Part shown: positions 36,909-45,660 of the stretch, one piece after another
How the letters are laid out: the number at the start of each line of letters is the position of its first letter
Numbering within the stretch: position 1 is the stretch's first letter
DNA from: Pseudomonadota bacterium
GTDB lineage: Bacteria > Desulfobacterota > DSM-4660 > Desulfatiglandales > B25-G16
Direction: 5' to 3'
DNA length: 55,885 nt
NCBI GenBank assembly: GCA_030603345.1
Contig: JAUVXZ010000001.1
Span: 1 to 55,885, forward strand
Notes under the pieces: generated by a model
What the model was told of the DNA's origin: nothing
The model's database searches: none
The model's input: the letters and a program-made list of their open reading frames with translations, nothing else
Position numbers and translations under genes: made by a program

Positions 36909-39221
36909 TCACGGCGGCCAAGAGCTCCCATTGGATTCTTCAAATAATAAGTTCTCCATAAGCTGGCTTGCTGCTTCTGCTTCTTTTAGATCTAAGACCG
37001 TGGCACGAGCAAAAATCTCGATGGGAGTGGACAGTGCTCTTTCTATCATTGTTTCACGAAGTGGTTCGATCCTGGCCTGAGCCTCAGCAAAGCTCTTTTG
37101 AGAAGCAAATTGCTGAAAGATCTCTTGCTCGGTGTCTATGTAGTGTTCTCTCTGTGTGGTCTTGAAATCCCGCCAGAGGTTTCTATCCCTCTGAACCTTT
37201 GCCAATGATGCCCTCACGAGATTGGCAATTCTATTTTTAAAGATAGGGAACCTCTGCTGTGCAATTGCTTTCTCATCTTCCCCTAATGTTGCCAGTAGAT
37301 CCATGAAGAGCTCTCTGGTAACGGAGTCGTGTATTCTGTCTTTTACGCTTCCTGAGTCCAGGTCGAACAACAATTCACTGTAGTCAGGTCGTACAATGCA
37401 CAAAAGGGAGTTTGCAAAAAAGCTCTGACGCCCATGGCATTTCTGTCCGGCATCATCGATAGCCTCAACATCAAATGTCAATGAGACACGGTCACAATAA
37501 TCCTGTTCGGTAAACCCGTCAAATATAAGGCAGTTTTCAAGGGGAAGGTCATATACGATACTCTGCTCTAGTATCTTTGTTCCCTGGCCTTTGGTTATGG
37601 TGGCGGACAAGTTGAGCGGATTAACCAGAGCATTAGCACGCATGTTACAAAAGATGGGTTCAGCAACGTAGCCCAATTTATAATTGATGACAAACCCAAC
37701 GATGAGTGAGTTGGGATCATTAGGATCTCCAATGGGTCTACCATGAACAAACACGCGTCGGTCCCAAAGGGCCTCAATTTCGTCCTGAGCGGGATTTTCA
37801 TCGGTTACCTGCACATCTTTGTGGGCTTCTGTAACACCTTGAATGAATTGCTCTGGGTTTTGAGTGCCCATAGCCGTATATGCATATCCTTGGTGTAAAA
37901 AGGGAAACACTTCGATTGCTGGTCTGCCGAGTTGAATATCAATGGTCCTGGAGCAATCCGGCCTTTCTAATTCAACCGTAACAGTGCGAGCATAGGAATT
38001 TTCAGAAACAAGAAAGTGCACAGGCACGGAGATTGACCCGGTATTCTGAGGACATAATATGTGTGCAAAGCTGGTATTGTCTCGTGGATCGTGGTAGGGA
38101 TGTCCATCAACTAATACCGTAAAGCGCGGTATGTAGTTGCATGCCCAGGAAAATTTGAGCTCATAGCGATCACATCTCACTTTAGGTTGGGAACCGAGGG
38201 CAAATCTGCTCTGGAAATTACAGTGATCAATGGTCAAGTCACGAACATCGGGCCCTGGCGTTAGGAGCTCAACATAGCAGACAGAATAATCCGACAATCC
38301 AGTGCTGTCACTGTCAAATACCCCTAAGTCTTCATAACGCACTGCCTCCATTCTACCCTGTGCTCCTGGAAAGCTGGTTTCTTTCCCAATCCACACCTTC
38401 TCAATCCCGTCGTAGCCATAACTATGGCCTACTTCATCAAAATCCTTACTCATGATGTCATAACATCTGGTACCCCTTTTGAAGTTGAAGGTGCCCACCA
38501 CGATAGGAGTCAGATCACCTGGGTGCCACCAGTTCTTTATAGCGGATACAAGATCCCTTACCTGTTTGGTTGTGTTGTTGGCTGATGTTCCCGGACGAAA
38601 GGGTTGCACCCCGGAACTGATGTGGGTTGCATAAAAGGGAAGAATGTGGCCCGTGTCTTTGATACGTAATCGAGTGCCCAAGATCCTCTTTCTTGCTATA
38701 CCAAACCACGTTCTTCCCAGCAGTTTTTTGTACACCACTCCATCGAGGACATCGTACTTCTCTTGTCTCGCGATAAGCCCGATCTCTCCCTTCTGATGAT
38801 TAATGTCAATCTTAGGCCCTACCTCATCTGTCCAGCCTTTTTTCTTTTGTAGGTAGCTTGCAAGGCAGCGGGTGGTAAGCTTTTCCCCTGCGGTCCAGCC
38901 AGGATGATCAGCATCGTAGCAGCGACAGGGATGGGACATCTCCTTAAGGGTTACAAAAGTGCCCTGACGTTTGCTATAGGCCCCGCTGAGGCCTATTAAG
39001 TCGCAGGATCTATTGCCGGAATCGAGGTCCCTCAGGAGTAAATTGGCTATGGTGTCAAGTCTTCGTGCAAAATTCTCCGAATCTATCTCATCATACGCCA
39101 TATTGAGATTAATGGTATGTATGGCACACCTTACTCTGTCCTGTGCGTATGCGGTGCTGAGCAGTGCAAGTGATCCAAACACCGCAAAACAAAGCAGTGT
39201 GAAAGCATTAACAGGTTTCAT
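36909..39221 (-). CDS. 770-aa secreted protein of unknown function
   Basis: It is a long uninterrupted ORF with signal peptide MKPVNAFTLLCFAVFGSLALLSTAYA|QD. I recognise no family confidently. The N-terminal ~300 aa show an EEP-like motif order with non-canonical catalytic positions (see findings). Confidence 0.75.
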   Translation of the reverse strand: MKPVNAFTLLCFAVFGSLALLSTAYAQDRVRCAIHTINLNMAYDEIDSENFARRLDTIANLLLRDLDSGNRSCDLIGLSGAYSKRQGTFVTLKEMSHPCRCYDADHPGWTAGEKLTTRCLASYLQKKKGWTDEVGPKIDINHQKGEIGLIARQEKYDVLDGVVYKKLLGRTWFGIARKRILGTRLRIKDTGHILPFYATHISSGVQPFRPGTSANNTTKQVRDLVSAIKNWWHPGDLTPIVVGTFNFKRGTRCYDIMSKDFDEVGHSYGYDGIEKVWIGKETSFPGAQGRMEAVRYEDLGVFDSDSTGLSDYSVCYVELLTPGPDVRDLTIDHCNFQSRFALGSQPKVRCDRYELKFSWACNYIPRFTVLVDGHPYHDPRDNTSFAHILCPQNTGSISVPVHFLVSENSYARTVTVELERPDCSRTIDIQLGRPAIEVFPFLHQGYAYTAMGTQNPEQFIQGVTEAHKDVQVTDENPAQDEIEALWDRRVFVHGRPIGDPNDPNSLIVGFVINYKLGYVAEPIFCNMRANALVNPLNLSATITKGQGTKILEQSIVYDLPLENCLIFDGFTEQDYCDRVSLTFDVEAIDDAGQKCHGRQSFFANSLLCIVRPDYSELLFDLDSGSVKDRIHDSVTRELFMDLLATLGEDEKAIAQQRFPIFKNRIANLVRASLAKVQRDRNLWRDFKTTQREHYIDTEQEIFQQFASQKSFAEAQARIEPLRETMIERALSTPIEIFARATVLDLKEAEAASQLMENLLFEESNGSSWPP

Positions 39222-39511
39222 AATATCCCTTCACCCCTAGTTTCCAGTGGGAGTTTGTTACCTAAGATACTACAAGTTCAGTAAAAAACAAGCCTGAATC
39301 GTTGCGATATAGTGGTGTGCAAAAATCTCGTATCGCTCAAAAGTGTTGGCATAATGGTATATTGGGTAGAAAAGGTATGCCTAAGTTCATCTTTCTATGC
39401 CACCACTTTTGAAGGATATCAGGAGGTTAGAGAATAATTTTGAGAGTTGCTCAAGTATAGGGCTGGGGCTTCTTGTATCCCTTGACCTCATTTCCAGCAA
39501 GCTGTTAGCTC

Positions 39512-39527
39512 TGGCATCCGTCTTGCA
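39512..39527 (+). promoter_or_regulatory. Possible sigma54 (-24/-12) promoter TGGCAT-N5-TTGCA
   Basis: TGGCATCCGTCTTGCA fits TGGCAC-N5-TTGCW at 9 of 10 defined positions. It lies 140 nt upstream of the REC-protein ATG. A TATAAT hexamer also follows at 39530-39535. Confidence 0.3.
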
Positions 39528-39666
39528 TCTATAATGTCTCAGCGATTTTTTGAATTAGCGAGGTAACAGATTCTTCTATGGTTGGACGGTTGATTACGAA
39601 ACGATTCTAAAGATATTGGGCTTTGGTTTACCAAGGTAATATATTAAGGTATGAGGAGGCCCTATT

Positions 39667-40257
39667 ATGGAGCATACAATTCTGATCGTTGACGATGAGC
39701 CCTTCATTACAGAGATTTTAACAGAGGCGCTTTCTCGTGAACCGTATGTTATCCTGACTGCCGGTTCCGCGGAAGATGCCCTTCATCTCCTGGCTCAGAG
39801 GCAGGTGGATGTGATAATCTCAGATGAAAAAATGCCCGGTATGTCTGGGTCGGAATTTCTTGCCGTTGTTCGGAAAAAATATCCGGATACAATCCGAATG
39901 ATTCTTACCGGACACGGAAGTCTGGAATCAGCGATGCGTGCTATCAATGAGGGACAGATCTATCGTTTCTTCACCAAACCATGCAATGTGCTTGACCTTG
40001 CTATGACGATCCGAAAGGCAATTCAACAGAATGACCTCAAAAAAGCAATCCAACGTTTGCTCAGCGCGGAAAAGCGGCAGTCTGTATTCATCAAGACGCT
40101 GGAGAAGCAATATCCTGGCATTACCAAGGTGAACAAAGATTCCAGGGGAGAAATCATCATCGATGATGCGATTGATAATAGGAGATGGGATACCCTTATC
40201 GAAGAGATTAATACAGCGGTAAAAAGTCGTCAGGCTATTTTGGGGTCGAGGGCATAA
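39667..40257 (+). CDS. Response regulator: receiver domain plus ~70-aa C-terminal extension without recognisable output domain
   Basis: REC motifs are ILIVDDEP, DVIISDEKMPGMSG and ILTGH. A strong GAGGAGG SD is present. Confidence 0.85.
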   Translation: MEHTILIVDDEPFITEILTEALSREPYVILTAGSAEDALHLLAQRQVDVIISDEKMPGMSGSEFLAVVRKKYPDTIRMILTGHGSLESAMRAINEGQIYRFFTKPCNVLDLAMTIRKAIQQNDLKKAIQRLLSAEKRQSVFIKTLEKQYPGITKVNKDSRGEIIIDDAIDNRRWDTLIEEINTAVKSRQAILGSRA

Positions 40258-40317
40258 CATGCACCCGCACATGGGTTCACATCTCTAGTGACCTTTCTAA
40301 AGTGTGGGTATTAGTCG

Positions 40318-40650
40318 GGTATCTTGCCACAAAGTCACCAAAACACCAAGATTATAGAATTATTCTTAGGCGTTCATAGGTTCAAGGTTCACCCCTGCCC
40401 GACGGATGGCAGGCGGGGTTCAGGGTTACATTTCTTTCGTTAACCTTGCTCGTAAGACTTTTCAGATTTTCGTTCAACCCTGAACCTCTGAACCCGTTAA
40501 CGGTTACAGCCTTTTTAATGCGCCTGAGGCGCATTAATGCGTGGCACATTGAGATTAATGAGCCTAAGGATCATTAATGAGAAAACTCCTTTATTCAATT
40601 TATATCCATGTTCTCTTTGGGTCTTTTTGCCTTGGTGGCTCAATAGTCAC
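40318..40650. repeat. Interspersed repeat, family E copy 2 (carries a nested family F element)
   Basis: It is inverted relative to 4257-4436, and the two halves are separated by the insert at about 40369-40511. Confidence 0.8.
40369..40511. repeat. Family F element nested in family E copy 2
   Basis: It is absent from copy E1. The reverse complement starts GGCTGTAACCGTTAACGGGTTCAGAGGTTCAGGGTTG, matching 24318-24350. The CCGCCTGCCAT core is shared. Confidence 0.7.
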
Positions 40651-40666
40651 GAGTGGGGAATAAAAC

Positions 40667-42754
40667 CTATTGCTTTTCCAGAATCTCCCTTAACTTCTGA
40701 GATAACTGCGTAATATTAAAGGGCTTCTGGATAAAACCATTGCACCCCCGATCTAGTATCTCGGCTGCCTGGCCATCTATGCTGTACCCACTTGAGAGGA
40801 GGACTTTAATGTTAGGGTCTATGTCCTTCATTATATCATACGCCTCCCCGCCGCCCATATCCGGCATAACCATATCCAGGATGACAATATCAATCTTGTC
40901 TTTGTTTGCCTTATAGGTGTCAATAGCTTCTCTCCCATTTCTGGCCACGTAAACCTCGTAGCCGAGTGTCTGGAGAAGCTCCCGGCTGACATCAACAATC
41001 ACATCCTCATCGTCTACGAGAAGGACACCTTCTTTACCTTCGAGCACTTCTGTGGCGATTTCCTTCTGTTTTCCTCCTTCCGTTTCTGAGACTGGCAGAT
41101 AGATACTGAAGGTTGTTCCCCGTCCCTTCTCGGAGTCTACATCAATGTATCCGCCATGGGCCTTGATAATGCCGTACACCGAGGCCAATCCGAGACCGGT
41201 TCCTTCGCTCATACCCTTGGTGGTAAAGAAAGGATCAAAGATACGCTCCATGGTGTTCTTGTCCATGCCCATGCCCGTGTCAGTAATGGTTAGCAGGACA
41301 TAGCTTCCTGGCTTCGGTGTATAGGACTTGCCTTTCATATCCCTATCCGCAACATTCACAGTCTTCAGGAAAATATCTCCACCACGAGGCATGGCATCTG
41401 CAGCGTTTACATACAGATTCATCAGCGTCTGTCTGATCTGCCCTTGATCTGCCTTTATGACATGCAGATCTTCAGCAAGGTCTAGATGGACTGTGATATC
41501 CTTCTTGGTCATCGCAAAGGTGTCAGAGACTTCTTTCACCATCTGGTTCAGGGTAATGGGTTTGACCTCATACTTCCCCTCCCGTGCATATCCGAGGAGC
41601 TGCTTGGTCAGGGTAGACCCGCTCTGAACCTGCTGCTCAATGCCCTTTAGTCTTTTGTAGTGGGGATGACCGGAGTCAATGTCCATGAGCATTAACGAAG
41701 CGTAGCCCTGTATACCCATGAGGATGTTATTGAAATTATGGGCGATGCCACTCGCCAGGGTACCCAGGGCTTCCATCTTTTGGGCATGCTGGAATTGGGC
41801 CTCCAGTTTTACTTTTTCTTCTTCTGCGCGCTTGCGCTCAGCTAGCTCTTGCTTCAGCGCCTCATAGAGCCGGGCATTCTCTATGGCAATAGCCGCGGTA
41901 TTGGCCAAGCCTGTAAGCAACTGGAGGTCATCCTTTCCGAATCCTTCAGGCACCCCAAGAGAATCCACATAAATAACTCCCCCAATCTTTTCTTTGTGCT
42001 TGAGAGGCACACACATAACTGACATGATATGCATTTTTTCCATGCTGTTGGAGAGGTTAGCCTTGTCCACACTGCTGGTATCAGACATCATTACAGGTTT
42101 ACCTTGCTGTATAGTTCTGTTAACGATCGTCCTACTATAGTTGATTTTAGAAAAGAGGCCTTCTTTGTCCTCCATTCTGGTCCTTGAAACCGCCTCTTTC
42201 AAGATGCCGGTTTCCTGGTTTAGCAGTAATATGGCTCCACGATCGATTCTCTTCAAATGACTAAAAATCTGATCTGCTACCTCACCGAGAAGCTCATCGA
42301 TATTAAGGGATTGAGCAAAGATATTTGACACCTTGAGCAATAACTCCAAATTGCGGACATAGCTCCTGGTGCTATCCTTTACCAACAGGGGCGTGGTTGT
42401 ATCAAAGAGCTTTCTCTGCACATAGACGGGATATGGTTGATTAGCTTTTTCCCTAGACAGTTTCTTTTGAAATGAGAGAAGCGTTTTTCCAATAAGCACA
42501 CTGCTCTCTTTTGTGATCGCCACCTCTTGGCCTGGCTCTATCTTCTCACCATCAACAAAAACGCCGTGCAAGCTGTTCAGATCTACAACAAAGAGCCCAC
42601 CATCCTTTTTGAGAAACTTGCCATGATGTCGGGAAACTCCTCTATCTGAGAGACAGATATCGTTGTCAGTGGCTCTCCCGATGGTGGTGATGCCATCATT
42701 CAGGTTAAAGTATGTGCCCTTATTGGGCCCGTCAATGATGTATACCGTGTTCAA
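40667..42754 (-). CDS. Hybrid sensor histidine kinase: FHA - GAF - HisKA - HATPase_c - REC
   Basis: FHA motifs are TTIGRATDNDICLSDRGVSRHHGKF...NSLHGVFVDG. A GAF-like region lies at about aa 130-300. The H-box is GIAHNFNNILMGIQ, the N-box NLYVNAADAM and the G-boxes DTGMGMD/GTGLGLA. REC motifs are LLVDDED...ILDMVMPDMGG. Confidence 0.9.
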   Translation of the reverse strand: MNTVYIIDGPNKGTYFNLNDGITTIGRATDNDICLSDRGVSRHHGKFLKKDGGLFVVDLNSLHGVFVDGEKIEPGQEVAITKESSVLIGKTLLSFQKKLSREKANQPYPVYVQRKLFDTTTPLLVKDSTRSYVRNLELLLKVSNIFAQSLNIDELLGEVADQIFSHLKRIDRGAILLLNQETGILKEAVSRTRMEDKEGLFSKINYSRTIVNRTIQQGKPVMMSDTSSVDKANLSNSMEKMHIMSVMCVPLKHKEKIGGVIYVDSLGVPEGFGKDDLQLLTGLANTAAIAIENARLYEALKQELAERKRAEEEKVKLEAQFQHAQKMEALGTLASGIAHNFNNILMGIQGYASLMLMDIDSGHPHYKRLKGIEQQVQSGSTLTKQLLGYAREGKYEVKPITLNQMVKEVSDTFAMTKKDITVHLDLAEDLHVIKADQGQIRQTLMNLYVNAADAMPRGGDIFLKTVNVADRDMKGKSYTPKPGSYVLLTITDTGMGMDKNTMERIFDPFFTTKGMSEGTGLGLASVYGIIKAHGGYIDVDSEKGRGTTFSIYLPVSETEGGKQKEIATEVLEGKEGVLLVDDEDVIVDVSRELLQTLGYEVYVARNGREAIDTYKANKDKIDIVILDMVMPDMGGGEAYDIMKDIDPNIKVLLSSGYSIDGQAAEILDRGCNGFIQKPFNITQLSQKLREILEKQ

Positions 42755-42971
42755 GATTTGCCTCCCATTCTTGTACTGTCCAGAAGGGGTTCTACCAAGG
42801 GACGTTCATGTTTCTCGCTCAGAGCGCATCTTGACTTCACCTTGTTGGGGATAATCCCTGTTTGGACGATTGGCGATATGGGAAAAACCAACTCAAAGGA
42901 AAGGGATAGAGGCCAAAAGAACCCAAAACTGATATTCGGCCGAGATGGCTCAGGTGAGCTCTCAATCACTG

Positions 42972-43823
42972 TCAAGCTAAGAAGTTCCCCAGCCATTCAT
43001 TATATTCTTCCAACCTCACGTGCAAGCCGTCCAATGCACGATCCGTGACATTGAGGTTTATCACCTCTGATGTAGTCTCAAGGAGGAGCTTAGGATCATG
43101 TTTAAGTCCAATGCCAACCTTACGACAAGCGAGATTTCCCAGTCTTACTAGATTTAGGATGCTGTCTTCAGCACTAACCTCTGGATCATGGTGCATCCCG
43201 GCTACATCGCAATACACATTCGGGATATTCATGCGTCTCATGAGCCGTTCTCCGTGATATGTGTGCATGGTCTCCAAGATATCATCAACGAGATCTTTTG
43301 AGATATCTTCTTGGGTTACTTCAGCTCCATCCAGATCCTCGATGACCTTGAGGAGAAGCAGCTTTCCAATGTCATGAAGCAGACCTGCCATGAATGCTTC
43401 GTCAACAAACTGATCCATACCCAGGTGACGTGAAAGCCACCGGGCCGCGTAGGCAACACCAAGGGCATGGCTCCAGAGCGGTGTGGCCCAGTAATCATAT
43501 TTCTTTCTGTGAGCGCGGTAGAGCTGCTTTTGGGTTACTGCGGTGGCCAGATTAAAAATAGTCTTTCCCCCCAGACGCACGGTAGCCTCCTGAATGGTTT
43601 TGACAGGTTTCACACCAGCGTAAAAGACGGAGTTGGCCATTTTTAGGACGTCAGAGGCAAGTCCCTGATCCTTATGTATGATTTTGGCAATATCAGCCAG
43701 ACTGTAATCGCCCCTTGTAAGCTGCTGCTGGAGTTTCAGGGCGACTTGATTAAAGATAGGGAGTTCAATCTCTTCACGATCAAGCGTTTCCTCAATGAGC
43801 TCAATGAGGGACTTTTCGACCAT
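42972..43823 (-). CDS. HDOD domain-containing signalling protein
   Basis: 283 aa with an HDOD-type pattern (LPIFNQVALKLQQ..., GLLHDIGKLLLLKV). It lacks the full catalytic HD-GYP set. Confidence 0.85.
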   Translation of the reverse strand: MVEKSLIELIEETLDREEIELPIFNQVALKLQQQLTRGDYSLADIAKIIHKDQGLASDVLKMANSVFYAGVKPVKTIQEATVRLGGKTIFNLATAVTQKQLYRAHRKKYDYWATPLWSHALGVAYAARWLSRHLGMDQFVDEAFMAGLLHDIGKLLLLKVIEDLDGAEVTQEDISKDLVDDILETMHTYHGERLMRRMNIPNVYCDVAGMHHDPEVSAEDSILNLVRLGNLACRKVGIGLKHDPKLLLETTSEVINLNVTDRALDGLHVRLEEYNEWLGNFLA

Positions 43824-43851
43824 CCGATTTCTCCAATCAATCCGTAATTCT

Positions 43852-44329
43852 TCAATGGCCCAAGAGTTTGCGGTTGGAAAGGCGTATGCTCTCCCTGAGG
43901 GTGGTCAATCCTCTGACTACCGCTTCCTCCTTGGGGGCAATAACTAGATACAGCACGCTATTGCTTATACCACGTTTCTTAATTGTGCGCAATCGATATG
44001 CACCGATGAGGATGTTGATCTTGAAGGTTCGGCGGTCAGCGGGATCCGAGCATACAAGTTTAGATGCCTCCTAAAACTATGCTAGTTCTTTGTGTAAATG
44101 TGAAAGGTTGCCCTACAAAAAACACCGGTTCTGTTTCACGTTTGATCTCAATGTGAGAGCCTGGGGCACCAGAACCCTCAAGAGTTTTGTGCGGGGAGCC
44201 GCGATAGTGATATAGTTTCACCGCCTGTGATCTGATTACGAAAGGGATTTCCTGGTCGTGCTGAAAAGGTGTGGAAACAGTCACTGTATTACGTGAAGGA
44301 TGAGCGTGAGCGGTAGAACAGTTGTTCAT
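43852..44329 (-). pseudogene. Two consecutive open frames (89 aa at 44060-44329, then 73 codons at 43852-44070 without a start) - possible frameshifted gene of unknown function
   Basis: Own translation of the second frame: EASKLVCSDPADRRTFKINILIGAYRLRTIKKRGISNSVLYLVIAPKEEAVVRGLTTLRESIRLSNRKLLGH. It looks protein-like and ends 28 nt before the HDOD ATG. The frames overlap by 11 nt and differ by +1. Confidence 0.3.
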
Positions 44330-44341
44330 GAAAGTGGAAGA

Positions 44342-44731
44342 TTATAATTTTAGTAATTTTCTCTTTAACGTTAACATCTCCTCTTCCAACTCTATAATCC
44401 TTCTATCCTGAGCCCTAACACGATTAATAAGTGTATTCATAATAGGCTTAATACTTTTCGGTAATTCCGCAATTTGCCCTTCTAAATTCTCGTATCTGAA
44501 GATATATACCTCTGCATTTGTCTTCGCTTTTGCTGTCGCTGTCCTCGGAAGACCGGTCAAAAAGGAAAGTTCTCCAAGAATTTGCGGGGGCTCAATTTGG
44601 TTCAGAATAAAACTTCCATTATTTTCCTTAGTTGATATTTCAACAACACCGTCATTTAGAACATAGAGGTCTCTTCCCATCTCCCCTTCTTGGATTATGA
44701 TCTCTCCGGGTTTGTATGTTTTGCTTTTCAT
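44342..44731 (-). CDS. Stand-alone cyclic-nucleotide-binding domain protein
   Basis: 129 aa with the cNMP phosphate-binding cassette GELSFLTGLPRTATAKA. A good AAGGAG SD is present. It has no HTH or other output domain. Confidence 0.85.
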   Translation of the reverse strand: MKSKTYKPGEIIIQEGEMGRDLYVLNDGVVEISTKENNGSFILNQIEPPQILGELSFLTGLPRTATAKAKTNAEVYIFRYENLEGQIAELPKSIKPIMNTLINRVRAQDRRIIELEEEMLTLKRKLLKL

Positions 44732-44893
44732 GAATATGTTCTCCTTTTCATTAATCTATGTGAGTGATGTTATAGGAATCACTTTCGGGTTCAAACAGCG
44801 TTGTATAGAGACACCAATAATTTCCCCGGGATGTTGGTCTCCTCTGGACTCAATACCGCTTTTCATACTCAAGATCTTGCGCCTCCCAGTGTT

Positions 44894-45241
44894 TCAGGCC
44901 CATTGATCAATGATCCATTCCTTTTTGGTCGTCATCTCTGTTTTTGCGGTCTTGTCATATTGTGGGTGAATGTCTTCATCCCTGTGAGTCCGACTCAGTT
45001 TTTCAAGACTGAATTGCACCCCGGCATCAAAATCAAAGAGCTTGGGGAAATCAGATTCTATCCCCCTGTCCAGAGCTACGAGCTTCTCGTTACTGACGTA
45101 AACAGAGTATCCTTTCTGTTCCTTTATGGTAACCAGCTTTTGGTCGTTCACATGAGTAGATGGTGCCTTAGCGTCTTCTGGTCTCCTGAATTGCCCAGGC
45201 TGTTGTTGCCTAATGTAGCTGGCGTTTTCTGTAATTTTCAT
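44894..45241 (-). CDS. Hypothetical 115-aa hydrophilic protein
   Basis: The minus-strand ORF is protein-like (charged, balanced composition), whereas the overlapping plus-strand ORF 44801-45295 looks like antisense junk. I recognise no family. Confidence 0.5.
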   Translation of the reverse strand: MKITENASYIRQQQPGQFRRPEDAKAPSTHVNDQKLVTIKEQKGYSVYVSNEKLVALDRGIESDFPKLFDFDAGVQFSLEKLSRTHRDEDIHPQYDKTAKTEMTTKKEWIIDQWA

Positions 45242-45289
45242 GTGATCTCACCATTGTTGCGAGATGTTGATCATTTGGAGAAGTTGCAT

Positions 45290-45328
45290 AAATAAACCCA
45301 CTTCTGAGGGCAAGAAGCGGGTTTATTT
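45290..45328. terminator. Long hairpin, possible bidirectional terminator
   Basis: AAATAAACCCACTTCT pairs with AGAAGCGGGTTTATTT (16-bp stem, 1 mismatch, 7-nt loop). It lies between the PAS kinase stop and the next minus-strand gene. Confidence 0.35.
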
Positions 45329-45660
45329 GTTTCATTTGCTTAGCAACCCCGCTACCTTATCACCTCAAGCTGATCTAAGTCGGAGGCTTTGCGTCCCAGC
45401 CTTTCGGAAGGTTTGCCCTTCAGCAAAATCGCAACATTTTATAACAATTCATATAGTATATCGGCATCCCCAGAGAAAAACTTTAGTCTTTTTCGATTTT
45501 TTTAGCGGTAGCCTATCACCAAAGGGCTAGGTTTGGTTTTCCTAAAAACGGGCTACTAAGACATTCAGTATAGCATAGCATGTGGTTTGGGTTTTCTGAA
45601 GCGGATTCGGGTTTCTTAGGCAGAACGGAAATGCTCGTGCGAGATTGTTAGAAGCGCCAC

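Noticed and set aside
42755-42971. 81-aa (42751-42996, minus) and 96-aa (42758-43048, plus) ORFs in the HDOD-kinase spacer
   Set aside because: They overlap each other and the flanking genes, show no motifs and have no ribosome-binding sites. The spacer more likely holds the promoter of the FHA kinase.
43852-44329. PilZ-domain assignment for the split ORF next to the cNMP-binding and HDOD genes
   Set aside because: Neither RRxxxR nor (D/N)xSxxG can be aligned convincingly; DRRTFKI and EGSGAPG each miss key positions.
44801-45295. 164-aa plus-strand ORF
   Set aside because: It overlaps the more protein-like minus-strand ORF 44894-45241. Its sequence is Leu/Phe/Val/Pro-rich and typical of an antisense frame, and it has no SD.
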